DNA from: Chiloscyllium plagiosum | Taxonomy: Eukaryota | Assembly: GCF_004010195.1 (NCBI RefSeq) | Contig: NC_057752.1 | Location: 8,487,180-8,551,179, forward strand | Reading direction: 5' to 3' | DNA length: 64,000 nt | Shown here: piece after piece, positions 12,484-26,199 of the stretch | Numbering within the stretch: the first letter of the stretch is position 1 | Layout: each line of letters begins with the position of its first letter | Made by a program: the position numbers and the translations under genes | The notes under the pieces: generated by a model | What the model was told of the DNA's origin: nothing | The model's database searches: none | What the model saw: the letters and a program-made list of their open reading frames with translations, nothing else

Positions 12484-13259
12484 CTGCAAGAAAGAGAAAC
12501 TTCATTATTACTTGTCAAGTTTAGCATTTCCAGGTAACCCAATGAGTTACCTGGAAATAATCACAAAAAATAATCACAAACTGCAATCATTGATGTATCA
12601 GTCACAAGTTTTAGATCATCAATGTGGAGTTCTTGGTCTCTCATAAAATTGAGGAATATGGGGAGTAGGCAGTCAAGTGTATGCGGAGCAGAATAATAGC
12701 CTTGACTATATTAAATTGTGGAGTAGGCATAATGGGTTGTGTGCTTAACTCCTGATTCATATTCTGACATTCTTTATTGTGCTTTCTACATAATAGGAAG
12801 TGAACATAAACAGAATATAAGTTTAAAATAAATGACAGACTGTAAGATTGCACAGTCAACAGTATATTTGGGACAGTTATTCAATACAGAAAATCTTTTA
12901 CACTCAGTGTTCAACTGAATTGTCGATTGTCACTTACTTGTAAGGAAATTGAATACTGCTGTAAAGGGAGACATATTGTGAAGAGTGTACTAAAAGCTGC
13001 AGTAACAACCAACTTAAGATAATCAGTTGAGTTTGTAATGTTTACACAAGAAGTGACATATGCAGGAACCTGCTCCCTGCTAAGTAATGTGCTTAGGCCT
13101 TGCATCTTTTGATTTATCTGGGAGCTTGAGATCCTATACTTTCCCACTGTTTTGTTGATGGCAATGTCTCAGCCAGAACTGGCTTGCCACATAATCAATA
13201 CCCTTTTCTTCTTTTTGTGGCCATTTGAAATTTGGCATTCTTGCATTTTGTCGTCGACA

Positions 13260-15085
13260 ATCACTCACTAACCAGTAAGATCGTCACCGAGGAAATTCTG
13301 TGTCACTGGTCAGGGTTCTGTGGGTCCTTATGTGGCTGATGAGCCAGCTCCTAGAATCACATCTCGCACCACACGTTTGGCAGGTGTTTCCGGGAGGTGG
13401 AATTGGTCCTCGGCCTTGAAATCACTAGCATTCCTTTCCCATACTTCCTCTTGCCAACAGGTGTTCTTGAAGAATTGTGCCTTTTCACACAGGAGCTTCC
13501 TTCAAGTTAGTTTCTTCTGAATGAAAGTCTCCCATGCATTAACATTCAAGTTTTTTGTAGATTAGATACCCTACAGTGTGGAATCAGGCCCTTCGGCCCA
13601 ACATGTCCACACTGACCCTTCGAAGAGTAACCCACCCAGACCCATTTCCCTCTGACTAATGCACCTCACATTATGGGCAATTTAACATGGCCAATTCACC
13701 TGACCTGCACATCTTTGGACTGTGGGAGGAAACCGGAGCACCTGGAGGAAACCCACGCAGACACGGGGAGAATGTAAAACGTCCACACAGACAGTCACCC
13801 AAGGCTGGAATCAAACCTGGGACCCTGGTGCTGTGAGGCAGCAGTGCTAACCACCGAGCCACTGTGCCGCCTAAGTTGCAGTTCTTGAGGGAAGCCCTCA
13901 GGGAGTCTTTGAAATGTTTCCTTTGTCCTCCTGTCATTCAAGTGCCTTCCTTGAGCTGGGTGAAGAGATTTGCTTTGGCAGTCATCGAGTCATACAGCAG
14001 TCAGAGCTCAGGCATCCTACGCAGATGGTTGGCCCAGTGGTGTTGGTTTGGGATGATCATAGCCTTGATGCTGGTGCTATTAGCTGATTCAAGGACGCTG
14101 ACGTCAGTGTACCTGTCCTCCCAGCTAATGTGGAGAAACCTTCTCAAACAGTGTTGATGGGTTAATGGTATTTCTCAAGGGTCTTGATATGGCGTCTATA
14201 CATCGCTCAACCTTTGAACCCATATAGAAGAGTCAGAATGATGACTGTCTTATGCATAAAGATCTTGGTATCAGTACAGATGTCACAGTCAATGAAGACT
14301 CTCATTCTTAGGTGTCTACAGGCAGCAATCACAGATTGGATGCAACATTTAATCTCCACATTGATGTCAGCCTGAGATGACAGGTAACGGAAATATTCCA
14401 CATTTGGGAAGATCTCTCTGTTGAGTTTCATGGAGGAATGGTCTGGATCTTCACCTGGGACGGGTTGTTAAAAGGTTTGAGTCATCTTGAGATTGTGGCT
14501 AAGGCTATTTATTTGCTTTTCTTCTGCGAAGGCATTATGTGAGGCTTGAAAACTCTATTCTGAGAAAGCAGAGATGACAATTGCCATCCACATGCTAAAG
14601 TTCCACAAGTGAGGTTGGTGTCACTTCCTTCTTGGTTTCAGTGTTTGAGGTTGAAAAGCTTACCATCCATCCTGTAGACAATGTCCACTCTGCTGGGAAG
14701 CTTGTTCTTGACAAGATGGAGTATGGTGGCAATGAGGATGGAGAAATGGATAGGGGTGATGACTCTATCGTGCTTGACCTCTGTCTTGACCTCAAAGGAT
14801 TCTGTCATATTTAACACTGGGAAGGACCATCGTCAACATCTTGTGTCGGGGATGGAGAACATTGATGAATTTCACTGGAAAGCCGGCCTTTGACAAAGCC
14901 TTCCATCGCACTTCCTGATTGAGTCAAAAGCCTTGGTCAGATTGATGAAGGGCATGTAGAGAAGTTGGTGTTGGAACCTCTCCTGGAGTTGCTGAGCAGC
15001 TCCATGGTTTACTTGGAAGCCACTGTGGCTTTCAGGAAGGATTTCCTCAGACACTGTGAGAAGGAAACTCACAAGAATTTGGGTG
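13260..15085 (-). mobile_element. Degraded RTE-clade LINE
   Basis: EEILPESHSGF, FINLTKAFDSI, FRYLSS...TLLYG and GGQRKHFKDSLRASLK are typical of RTE ORFs. Confidence 0.75.
13557..13871 (-). mobile_element. HE1-type tRNA-derived V-SINE inserted in the RTE
   Basis: Head GGCGGCACAGTGGCTCGGTGGTTAGCACTGCTGCCTCACAGC; V-domain TGCGTGGGTTTCCTCC..GTGCTCCGGTTTCCTCCCACAGTCCAAAG; (TCTAA)n-like tail. Confidence 0.85.
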
Positions 15086-15479
15086 ATGAATGCATTTAAC
15101 CTGATGAGTGCAAAATGAAAAGCTTCAGCAAAGTGTCTCTCACCTCATCATTATTACTTAATATCTTCTATACCTTGGTTAATGTTCTTGACATTATTTG
15201 CAGACAGAATTTGTCTTTCTTTATTGGCTGACATTTGTATCTGAACTACATTTGTGCATGCATAGGTTAAATCAAGAAATAATGAGCAGCATTTAATGTA
15301 GGCTACAAGGATCTAGCCAGTCAACTGGAAACCAACGAGAACTGCAGATTTCCTAGTTATTAAAATGTTGCCATATTACATGGAATCAAGCACATAACTG
15401 GGCAGAGACAAGCCTTTCCCAGGATCAAGGATGCTGAGGGCAGAAATTCCACCCAAAAGAGCCATCAGCACTGCAACTA

Positions 15480-17617
15480 CAGAGGCATGAGGGAGGAGCT
15501 GGGTAGAATTGACTGGGAGAGGAGCCTAACAGGAAAGACAGTGGTACAACAATGGCAGGAGTTTCTGGGATTAATTCAGGGGACACAGCAGAGATCCTTC
15601 CTGAGGAAAAAGAAGCAATGTACAGGGAGGATGAGGCAACCATGGCTGACTAGGGAAGTCAGAAATAGCATAAACGGAAAAGAGAAAGCATATGATGTGG
15701 CAAAGGGTAGTGGGAAACCAGAGGATTGGGAACCTCACAAGGACCAACAGAAGCCAACAAAATAAAAAATAAGGAGGGAGAAGATTAAATATGAGTGTAA
15801 GCGAGCCAGTAATGTAAAGGAAGACTGTAAGAGTTTCTTCACATATATAAAGGGCAAAAGAGAGGCAAAAGTGGACATTGGGCTACTGGAAAATGATGCT
15901 GGAGAGGCAGTAGTGAGGAACAAGAAAATGGTTGAGGAACTGAAAAATTACTTTGTGTCAGTCTTCACGGTGAAAGACACAAGTAATATCCCAAAATTCA
16001 AGAGAGTGAGGGGTCAGACTTGAGTATGGTGGCCATCACCAAGGAGAAGGTGCTAGAAAAACTTAATGGCCTGAAGGTGGATAAATCACCTGAACCAGAT
16101 AGACTACACCCCACAGTTCTACAGGAGATAGCTGAAGAGATAGTGGAGATGTCAGTGGTGATCTTACAGGAATCGTTAGAATCAGAGAGGGTCCCGAGGA
16201 TGGGAAAATCACTAATGTGACACCCCTATTTAAAAAGGGAGTAAGGCAAAAGACGGAAAACTACAGGCCAATTAGCCTAACCTTGGCCGTGGGTAAGATC
16301 CTACAATCCATTGTGAAGGATGAGATTTCTGAATACTTGGAAGTGTATGGTAAAATAGGGCAAAGTCAGCATGGTTTCATCAAGGAGAGGTCATGCCTGA
16401 CCAATCTGCTAAAACTCTTTCAGGAAGAAATGAGCGGTCAGATCAAGGAGAGCCAATGGATGTTATCTACCTGGACTTCAAGAAGATCTTTGACAAGATG
16501 CCACACAGGAGTTTACTGAATAAGATAAGGGCCCATGGTGTTAAAGGCAAGATGCTAGCATGGATAGAAGTTTGGCTGTCTGGCAGAAAGCAGAGAGTGG
16601 GGACAAAAGGGTCCTTCTCAGGGTGGCAGCCAGTGACGCAAGGCTCAGTGTTAGGACCACAACTTTTCACTTTATATATTAACAATTTAGATGAAGGAAC
16701 TGAGGGCATTCTGGGTAGGTTTGCAGATGAGACAAAGATAGGTAGATGATAGGTAGCATTGAGGAGGCGGGGATGCAGAAGAGGATTTGGACAGGTTAGG
16801 AGAGTGGGCAAAGAAGTGGCAAATGGAGTGCAATGTGGGAAAGTATGAGGTCATGCACTTTGGTCGGAAGAATAGAGGCATGGACTATTTTCTAAATGAG
16901 GAGAAAATTCAGAAATCTGAAGTGCAAAGGGACTTGGGAGTTCTAGTCCACGATTCTCTCAAGGTAAACTTGCAGTAGTCAGTAGTTAGGAAGGCAAATG
17001 CAATGATAGCATTTATTTTGAGAGGACTTGAATATAAAAGCAGGGATGTACTTCTGAGGCTCTATAAGGCTCTGGTCAGACCACATTTGGAGTATTGTGT
17101 GCGGTTTTGGGCCCCATATGGCCCTGGAGCGTGTTCAGAGGAGGTTCATGAGAATGGTCCCAGGAATGAGAAGCTTAACATAAGAGGAATGTTTGAAGAC
17201 GCTGGATCTATACTCGATGGAGTTTAGAAGGATGAGGGGGGAATCTAATCATACAGAATATTGAACAGCCTGGACAGAGTAGATGTTGGGAAGATGTTTG
17301 CATTGGTAGGACAGACTAGGACCTGAGGGCATAGCTTTAGATTAAAGGGAAGGCCTTTTAGAATGGAGATAAGGAGAAATTTCTTCAGCCAGAGAGTGGT
17401 GAATCTGTGGAATTTATTGCCACAAAAGGCTGTGGAGGCCAGGTCATTGAGTATATTTAAGACAGAGATGAATAGGTTCTTGAGTATCAAGGGGATCAAA
17501 GGTTACAGGGAGAAAGTGGGAGAATGGGGTTGAGAAATTTATCAGCCATGACTGAATGGTGGAGCAGACTCAATGGGCTGAACGGCCTAATTTTTGCTCC
17601 TATGTCTTATGGTGTAT
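15480..17617 (+). mobile_element. CR1 LINE, 5'-truncated degraded ORF2
   Basis: ENYRPISLT, DVIYLDFKKIFDKMPH, QGSVLGPQLF, RFADETK and LVRPHLEYC. Confidence 0.9.
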
Positions 17618-18199
17618 TAATCAGCAGCACACGGGAGGCAGTGGCTACTGCCAGCTGTGTACCGACCCGAGGCCTAGTATTATACTTGGACACAGGTGAG
17701 TGATAACAGGGGTGTGGTTAGGTTTCAACTGGCCCCCTGCCAATCTCACCCTTCCTGATGCTGGGTCTTGAAAACAGGCACCAACAGGGTTTGCCTTTCA
17801 GGATCCTGTCAAAGCAAGGAACCCATCTGCCACTGGCCTGAATACCAGAAATAGCAGATTGCGACATTCAATGTCCACTTAAATGTCTCAATTGGCAGTA
17901 GGGTAAGAAGGTTGTCTATGAGCTTTTCTGCCCTTGATCTAATCAGTGCAGAGGCAGGAAGGCAGTGAGGATGCCATCCACCATCCTCAGACCTGATTAA
18001 ATGCCTCCCCACCACCAAACTCACTATAGGGATGTCACTAGCTCTGAAGCAACAAAGGATACTTTTGACAGCACCTGAGAGCATTCACCCATACTGAGGG
18101 CTTCTGGTGGGTAATTAATACCGATTTAAGAGCCTTATTCCACCACTGTTAGAATTCAACCAGCATTGGGTGGGGGATTTGCCACAGAGGAAACCTGAA

Positions 18200-18887
18200 A
18201 ACATAGAAGCATGTAAAATAGGAGCAGGCACAGGCCATTCAGCCTTTTAAGCCTACTCTGCAATTTAATATGATCATGACTAACCATTCAATATGAAGTT
18301 AAAAATCACATAACACCAGGTTAGAGTCCAACAGGTTTATTTGGAAGTACTAGCTTTCGCTGTGCTGCTCTTTCATCAGGTGGTCGTGGAGCAGGATCAT
18401 AATATACAGAGTTAATAGCAAAAAATCTATTGCTTTTGTAAGTTATTCAGTAACATAACTTCCACAGCCTTCTGTAGTAGAGAATTCCACAGGTTCACCA
18501 CCCTCTGAATGAAGAAGATTTTCCTCATCCCAGTCTGAAATGGCCTGTTGAGCATTGTGAGATTGTGACACTTTTCTCGATCTCTTGGCCAGGGAAAACA
18601 TAATTCTTACATGCAGTTGGTCCAGGCCTGTCAAAATAGTATGTTTCAATAAGATCTCCTTTCATTCTTCTGAACTCCAGTGAATACAGGCCCAGTCAAT
18701 CCAATCTCTCCTTATACAACAAACCAGCCATCTGAGGAATTAGTCTGGGGAACCTTCGCTGCTCTCCTTCTATGGCAAGCATTTCTCTTCTTAAGTAAGG
18801 AAACCAAACTGCACACAACATTCCAAGTTTGGTCTTGCTAAGGTCCTCCACAACTGCACTAAGACTTCCTTGCTCCTGTATTTAGAT
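18200..18887 (-). mobile_element. CR1 LINE 3' fragment interrupted by a Penelope pLTR remnant (~18293-18440)
   Basis: CR1 3'-end sequence similar to other copies. The insert carries a decayed hammerhead-like motif, CTGATGAAAGAGCAGCACAGCGAAAGCTA (minus, ~18348-18383). Confidence 0.65.
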
Positions 18888-21800
18888 CGTCATGAAGAGA
18901 AGGTCAATGGAAAATGTAGGGGTTGATGGACTCTCAGGGGAATGCAGCATGAACAGCCAAGTTTCATCACATTCCAAGCGATTGATTGTGATAGGGGAAT
19001 AGGAGGATAGAGCAGATGAATGCGTGGCTGAGGAGCTGGTGCAGGGGAGAAGGGTTCACATTTTTGGATCTTCTGGGGTAGAAGTGACCTATACAAGAGG
19101 ATGGATTGCACCTGAATTGGAAGGAGACTAATATACTGGCAGGGAGATTTTCCACAGCAGCTTGGGAGGATTTAAACTCATAAGGTTGTTGGCAGGGGAA
19201 AAGTTGGGCCCAGGAAAATAGTGAGGAAAGAGATCAATCTGAGACTGGTACAGTTGGGAAAGGGAGCAAGTCAAACAGTCAGGGCAGGAAAGAACAAAGC
19301 AGAGAATGAGGTAGGACTGATAAGTTAAACTGCATTTATTTCAATGCAAGAGGGCTAAAAAGGAAGGCTGATGAACACAGGGCGTGGTTAGGAACATAGG
19401 ACTAGGATATCATAGCAATTACAGAAACATGGCTCAGGGATGGGCAGGACTGGCAGCTTAATGTTCCAGGATACAAATGCTCGAGGAAAGATAGAAAGGG
19501 AGACAAGAGAGGAGGGGGAGTGACGTTTTTGATAAGCTGTATTGAGGGAGGATATTCCTGGAAATACATCCAGGGAAGTTATTTGGATGGAACTCAGAAA
19601 TAAGAAAGAGATGATCACCTTATTGGGATTGTACGATAGACCTCCCAATAGTCAGCAGGAAATTGAGAAACACATTTGTAAGGAGATCTCAGTTATCTGT
19701 AAGAATAATAGGGTGGTTATGGTTAGGGATTTTAACTTTCCAAACATAGACTGGGACTGCCATAGTGTTAAGGGTTTAGATGGAGAGGAATTTGTCAGGA
19801 GTGCACATGAAAAATTTCTGATTCAGTATGTGGATGTACCTACTAGAGAGGGTGCAAAACTTGACCTACTCTTGGGAAATAAGGCAGGGCAGGTGACTGA
19901 GGTGTCAGTGGGGGAGCACTTTGAGGCCAGCGACCATAATTCTATTAGATTTAAAATAATGATGGAAAAGGGTAGACCAGATCTAAACATTGAAGTTCTA
20001 AATTGGAGAAAGGCTAATTTTGACAGTATTAGGCAAGAACTTTCAAAAGCTGACTTGGGGCAGATGTTCGCAGGTAAAGGGATGGCTGGAAAATGGGAAG
20101 CCTTCAGAAATGAGATAACAAGAGCCCAGAGAAAGTATATTCCTGTTAGAGTGAAAGGACAGGCTGGTAGGTGTAGGGAATGCTGGATGACAGGAGAAAA
20201 TTGAGGGTTTGGTTCAGAAAACAAGGAAGCATATGTCAGGTATTGACTGGAAAGATTGTGTGAATCCTTATAAGAGTATAAAGGCAATAGGAGAATACAT
20301 AAGAGGGAAACCAGGAGGGCAAAAAGGGGACATGAGATAGCTTTGGCAAATAGAGTTAAGGAGAATCCAAAGGGTTTTTACAAATATATTCAGGACAAAA
20401 GGGTAACTAGGGAGAGAATAGGGCCCCTCAAAGATCAGCACAGCGACCTTTGTGCGGAGCCGCAGGAGATGGGGGAGATACTAAATGAGTATTTTGCATC
20501 TGTGTTTACTGTGGAGAAGGAAATGGAAAATATAGAATGTGGGGAAATAGATGGTGACATCTTGAAAAATGTCAATATCACAGAGGAGGAAGTGCTGGAT
20601 GTCTTGAAACGTATAAAGGTGGCAAATCCTCAGGACCTGATCAGGTGTACCCTGAAGCTAAGGAACTGATTGCTGTGCACCTTGGTGAGATATTTGGATC
20701 ATCGATAGTCATGGGTGAGGTGCCGGAAGACTGGAGGTTGGCTAATGGGTTCCCACTATTTAAGAAAGTTGATAAGGATAAACCAGGGAACTATAGACCA
20801 GTGAGTCTGACGTCAGTGGTGGGCAAGTTGTTGGAGGGAATCCTGAGGGACAGGATTTACATGTATTTGGAAAGGCAAGGACTGATTAGGGATAGTCAAC
20901 ATGGCTTTGTGTGTGGGAAATCATGTCTCACAAACTTGATTGAGTTTTTTTGAAGAAGTAACAAAGAGGATTGATGGGGGCAGAGTGGTGGATATGATCT
21001 ATATGGACTTCAGTAAGGCATTCGACAAGGTTCCCCATGGGAGACTGGTTAGCAAGGTTAGATCTCATGGAATACAGGGAAAACGAGGCATTTGGATACA
21101 GAAGTGGTTCAAAGGTAGAAGACAGAGGGTGGTGGTGGAGGGTTGATTTTCAGACTGGAGGCTGTGACCAGTGGAGTGCCACAAGGATCGGTGCTGGGTC
21201 CACTACTTTTTGTCATTTATATAAATGATTTGGATGCGAGCATAAGAGGGATAGTTAGTAAGTTTGCAGATGACACCAAAAATGGAGGTGCAGTGGACAG
21301 CGAAGAAGGTTACCTCAGATTACAATGAGATCTTGATCAGATGGGCCAATGGGCTGAGGAGTGGCAGATGGAGTTTAATTTAGATAAAAGCGAGGTGCTG
21401 CATTTTGGGAAAGCAAATCTTAGCAGGACTTATACACTTAATGGTAAGGTCCTAGGGAGTGTTGCTGAACAAAGAGGCTTTGGAGTGCAGGTTCATAGCT
21501 CCTTGAAAGTGGAGTCGCAGGTAGATAGGATAGTGAAGGCGGCATTTGGTATGCTTTCCTTTATTAGTCAGAGTATTGAGTACAGGAGTTGGAAGGTCAT
21601 GTTGTGGCTGTACAGGACATTGGTTAGGCCACTTTTGGAATATTGCATGCAATTCTGGTTTCCTTCCTATTGGAAGGATGTTGTGAAACTTGAAAGGGTT
21701 CAGAAAAGATTTTCAAGGATGTTGCTAGGGTTGGAGGGTTTGAGCTATAGGGAGATGTTGAATAGGCTGGGGCTGTTTTTCTTGGAATGTTGAAGGCTGA

Positions 21801-22178
21801 GGAGTGACGTTATAGATGTTTATAAAATCATGAGCAGCATGGATAGGATAAATAGACAAAGTCTTTTCCCTGGGGTGGGGGAATCCAGAACTAGAGGGTG
21901 TAGGTTTAGGGTGAGAGGGGAAAGATATAAAAGAGACCTAAGGGGCAACTTTTTCACGCAGAAGGTGCATGTATGGAATGAGCTGCCAGAGAAAGTGGTG
22001 GAGGCTGGTACAATTACAACATTTAAAAGGCATCTGGATGGCTATATGAATAGGAAGGGTTCAGAGGGATATGGGCCACGTGCTGGCAAATGGGACTAGA
22101 ATAGGTTAGGATATCTGGTTGGCATGGACAAGTTTGACTGAAGGGTCTGTTTCCCTGTTGTATGTCTCTGTGACTCTC
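18888..22178 (+). mobile_element. CR1 LINE with ORF1 esterase remnant and nearly complete, disrupted ORF2 (APE endonuclease and RT)
   Basis: DFNFPNIDW, LDLLLGN and SDHNSIRF (APE); [23 protein letters not shown] and KFADDTK (RT); 3' UTR to ~22175. Confidence 0.92.
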
Positions 22179-22606
22179 GTGATGAAAAAGGATAGACCAG
22201 ATCTAAAAGTTAAAGTTCTAAATTGGAGAAAGGTTAATTTTGATGATATTAAGCAAGAACTTTCAAAGACTGATTGGAGGCAGATGTTGGCAGGTAAAGG
22301 GATGGCTGTAAAATGGGAAGCCTTCAGAAATGAGATAACGAGAATCCAGAGACAATACATTCCTGTTAGGTTGAAAGGAAAGGCTGGTAGGAGTAGAGAA
22401 TACTGGATGATGTGAGAAATTGAGGTTTTGATCAAGAAAAAGAAGGAAGCATATGTTAGATTTCAATAGCAGAGATCGAGTGAATCTGTAGAACAGCATA
22501 AAGGTAATAGGAGTATACTTAAGAGGGAAATCAGGACGGTAATAAAGGGGGCATGAGATAGCTTTGGCAAATAGGGTTAAGGAAAATCTAGAGGGGTTCT
22601 ATAAAT
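22179..22606 (+). mobile_element. Second, diverged CR1 ORF2 internal fragment
   Basis: Paralogous to 19960-20390 (KKDRPDLKVKVLNWRK...). Confidence 0.8.
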
Positions 22607-22611
22607 AGGAG

Positions 22612-24125
22612 AATATAAGGACTGCAGATGCTGGTAGTCAGAGTTGAAGAGTGTGGTGCTTGAAAACCACAGCTGGTCAGGCAGCATCCAAGGAACAGAA
22701 GAGTCTACATTTTGAGCATAAGTTCTTCACCAGGAATGAGGGGGTGGTCCAAGGGGGCTGGGACTGGGGGAAAGTAGCTGGGAATGCAATAGGTAGATGA
22801 AGGGGGAGGGTGAAGGTGATAGGTTGGAGAGGAGGGGGGAACGGATGGGTGGGAAGGAAGATGGACAGATGGGACAGGTCATGAGGATGGTGCCAAGTTG
22901 GAGGGTTGGATCCAGAATCACGTGGGGGAGGGGAAATGAGGAAATTGGTGAAATCCACATTGATCTCGTGTGGTTGGAGGGTCCCAAGGTGGAAGATGAG
23001 GTGTTCTTCCTCCAGGCGTTGGGTGGCTAGAGTTTGGCGGTGGATGAGGCCCAGGAGTGGGAGGGGGAGTTCAAGTGTTCGGCCGCAAGGCGGTGGGGTT
23101 GTTTAGCGTGTGTGTCCCAAAGATGTTCTCTGAAATGTTCCACAATTTGGCGTCCTGTCTCCACAATCTGGAGAAGACCATACCGAGAGCAATGGACACA
23201 GTAGATACGTGTGTGGAAGTACAGGTAAATCTCTGTTGGATGTGGAAGGATCCTTTGTGGCCTTGGACGGAGGAGAGGGGGGAGGTGTGGGTGCAGGTTT
23301 TGCACTTACTGTGGTGTCAGGGTAAGGTGCCGGGAGTGGAGGGTGTGTTGGTGGGAGCGTGGACCTAACAAGGGAGTCACAGAGGGAATGGTCTCTCCGG
23401 AACGCAGATAGGGGTGGGGATGGAAATATATGCCTGGTGGTGGGGTCTGTTTGTTGGTGGCGTTCGGTGAGGCAAGAGCAAGCTGAGGTGATGGGTGGAC
23501 CAGGGCAGTCAGGTTTGTGAATTTTGGGGAGGAGGTAGAATCGGGCAGTGCAGGGTTCCCGGACTATGAGGTTGGAGGCTGTTGGTGGGAGATCCCCTGA
23601 GGTGATGAGGTTGTGGATGGTCTGGGAGATGATGGTTTGGTGACGGGAGGTGAGGTCATGGTTGAGGGGGCAGTAGGAGAAGATATCTACTCAGCGGTGT
23701 AGAAATCGGTGCGCCAAACTACCACTGCATCCCCCTTGTCTGCGGGTTTGATGGTGAGATTGGGGTTTGAGTGGAGGGAATGGAGGGCTGTGCATTGCGA
23801 GGATGAGAGCTTGGAGTGGGTGAGGAGGGTGGACAGGTTGAGGCAGTCAATTCACGGTGGCAGTTGGAAATGAAGAGATCATGGGCGGGCAAAAGACCAG
23901 CATAAGGTGTCCAGGTGGATGGGGTGTGGTAGAGGCAGGAGAAGGGGTGCTCAGACAGTGAGCGGGAGTCCTAATGGAAAAAGTAAGCACAGAGGTGGAG
24001 GTGGAGGAAGAAAAGTTCGATGTCACACACAAGTTGAATTCATTGATCTGGGATCATAGGGGATGTAGGTGAGGCCGTTACTGAGGACTGATTGTTCATC
24101 CTCAGTGAGAGGGAGGTTTGGGGGA
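22612..24125 (-). mobile_element. Degraded Penelope-like element (GIY-YIG endonuclease region and pLTR)
   Basis: IYCVHCSRYGLLQIVETGRQIVEHFREH is a decayed GIY-YIG motif with CxxC; EQSVLSNGLTYIP is a PLE N-terminal motif; its terminus is related to the 9744 insert. Confidence 0.8.
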
Positions 24126-24129
24126 GATA

Positions 24130-24960
24130 CAGTTCCTTTGATACAGAAGCAGTTTATGTCCAAATGCAAAATGACTTTGACAACATCTAGGCTTGGGCTG
24201 ACAAGTGACAAGTAACATTTGCGCCACACAAGTGCCATGCAATGCCCATCTCCAATAAAAGAATCTAACCATCGCCCCTTAACATTCAATAGAGCTATCA
24301 TCACTGCATCCCCCATTATCAACATCCTAGGGGATACCATTGACCAGAAACTGAACTGGAGGAGACATAAATACTGTGGCTACAAGATCAGGTCAAGGCT
24401 AGGAATAGTGTAGCAAATAGCTCACATCCTCACTCCCGAAAGTCTGTTAATCTATAAGACACAAGTCAGGAGTGTGATGGAATATTCCCCACTGGATGGG
24501 TGCAGCTCCAACAACACTCACGAAGCTTGACACCATCCAGGCCAGAGCAACCTATTTGATCGGCACACATCCACAAACATTCATTCCCTCCTCCATTAAA
24601 GATGCACTGCAGGAATTCACCATGGCTCCTTTGACAGCACCTTCCAAACCCATGACTACTTCTATCTAGAAGGACAAGGACAGCCAACACATAGAAAAAC
24701 CACCACCTGCAAGAACCCCCTCCCCCTTACCAAACGAACTCATTCTCTACCCTGACTTTGAAATTATCACCATTCCTTTAGTGTTGCTGGATCAAAGTCC
24801 TGAAATTACCCCCTAACAGCATTTTGTGGTCTACATACAGAAGATTGACTGTGTCAGTTCAAAAAGGCAGCTCACCACCATCCTTGCAAGGACAACAGGG
24901 ATGGGCAATAAATGCTGACCCAGCCAGCGATGCCCACATCCCAAAAGTGAATACAAAAGC
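24130..24960 (+). mobile_element. CR1/L2-superfamily LINE 3' end (second family)
   Basis: INILGDTIDQKLNW; 3' tail GGGCAATAAATGCTG..CCAGCGATGCCCACATCCC, also seen reversed at ~48615-48900. Confidence 0.6.
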
Positions 24961-25019
24961 AAACACACCAGCCTAGTTTCATGTTATTAACAAGTCTGGA
25001 AATATTACACCCATACATC

Positions 25020-25305
25020 GAAATTGCTGGTGAAACTCAGCAGGTCTGGCAACATCTATGGGGAGAAAGCAGAGCCAATGTTTAGAGTCTCGTGACTCTT
25101 CATCGGAACTGCCAGTTCTGCTCTTGCATTGATTACAAGAAAATTGTTGGCCCTAACCACAATGGAAGTTGACAAGAAATAAAGAACTGCAATGCTGTAA
25201 ATCAAAAACTAAAACAGAAACTGCTGAGAAAACTCAGCAGGTTTGGCAGCATCCCTGGAGACAAAGCAGAGTCAATGTTTCGGTCCAGTGACCCTTCTTC
25301 AGGTT
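25020..25305 (-). mobile_element. Two tandem Penelope pLTR remnants with hammerhead-like cores
   Basis: Minus strand CTGAAGAAGGGTCACTGGACCGAAACATT (~25272-25302) and a more decayed copy at ~25076-25108; same family as the plus-strand remnant at ~11938-12070. Confidence 0.6.
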
Positions 25306-25852
25306 GAAGACATCTATAATCACAAACTTTCATGTGTCCAGCTCATGCAGTGCCCAATTATGTTGATTAAACATCTTGGGCCCAAGCAATCTTGACCATA
25401 ATGTTAATTATGACAAGTTAATTTTGGTAATCATTGTTTACCATAAGTAACCTCAGGCAATCTACAAAGTGTCACTTGTGGTTGACAATTCGCAAGTGAA
25501 TTCCAAGGTCTCTCAAGCTGCGGAAGGGTTTGGAGCTACTTTCCCCACACACTGAACTGCAAGTATTTCACATCATACTCCCACATCAAAGCTGCCTTTT
25601 TTGGGTCATGTAGGGGGTGATGTGAGGTGGGAATGGTAGAAGAAAATGTAATTGTTCCCAACACACTTAAAATCTCCTACTGTCAGCACATGACATGGCT
25701 TAAGCAGCATACAATTGGAGTAAGGCCTATGTCAAAGGTTCATGTAGAGGCGTCCCATTACATTCCCTGTCAGAGTCCTCCATTTCCCTCTATATGGAAG
25801 ATTGTGGTAAACTGTGTGCTGTGACTGCTTTGTTTCTGTTTTATTCCCCATG

Positions 25853-26072
25853 TGGGGATCAGTTTAGCTCTGTTGACTGGACGGTTGGTTTGCGAAGCAG
25901 TGTGATGCCAACAGCATGGGTTAAATTCCCACACCAGCTCAGGTTACCATGAAGGCCTCTCCTTCTCAATGTCTCCCCTCCCTTGAGGTATGGTGACCCT
26001 CAGGATAAATCACCACAGAAATCTCTCTCTAATGAGAGAGCAGCCCTATGGTCTGGTAAGACTATGGCGACT
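25853..26072 (+). mobile_element. tRNA-derived SINE (non-HE1 family)
   Basis: tRNA-like head with A-box-like (TAGCTCTGTTG) and B-box-like (GGTTAAATTCC) motifs, ~220 bp long. Confidence 0.5.
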
Positions 26073-26199
26073 TGATTTGATTTCCTATGTAAGCTCAATG
26101 GAACTGTTGCCAATGGATCCATACACAGCAATGTTTTCATCTTGGTGGCTGCAGAACTACAATCAGCCATAGAAATTGATGGGAAACACGCGAATCTGG

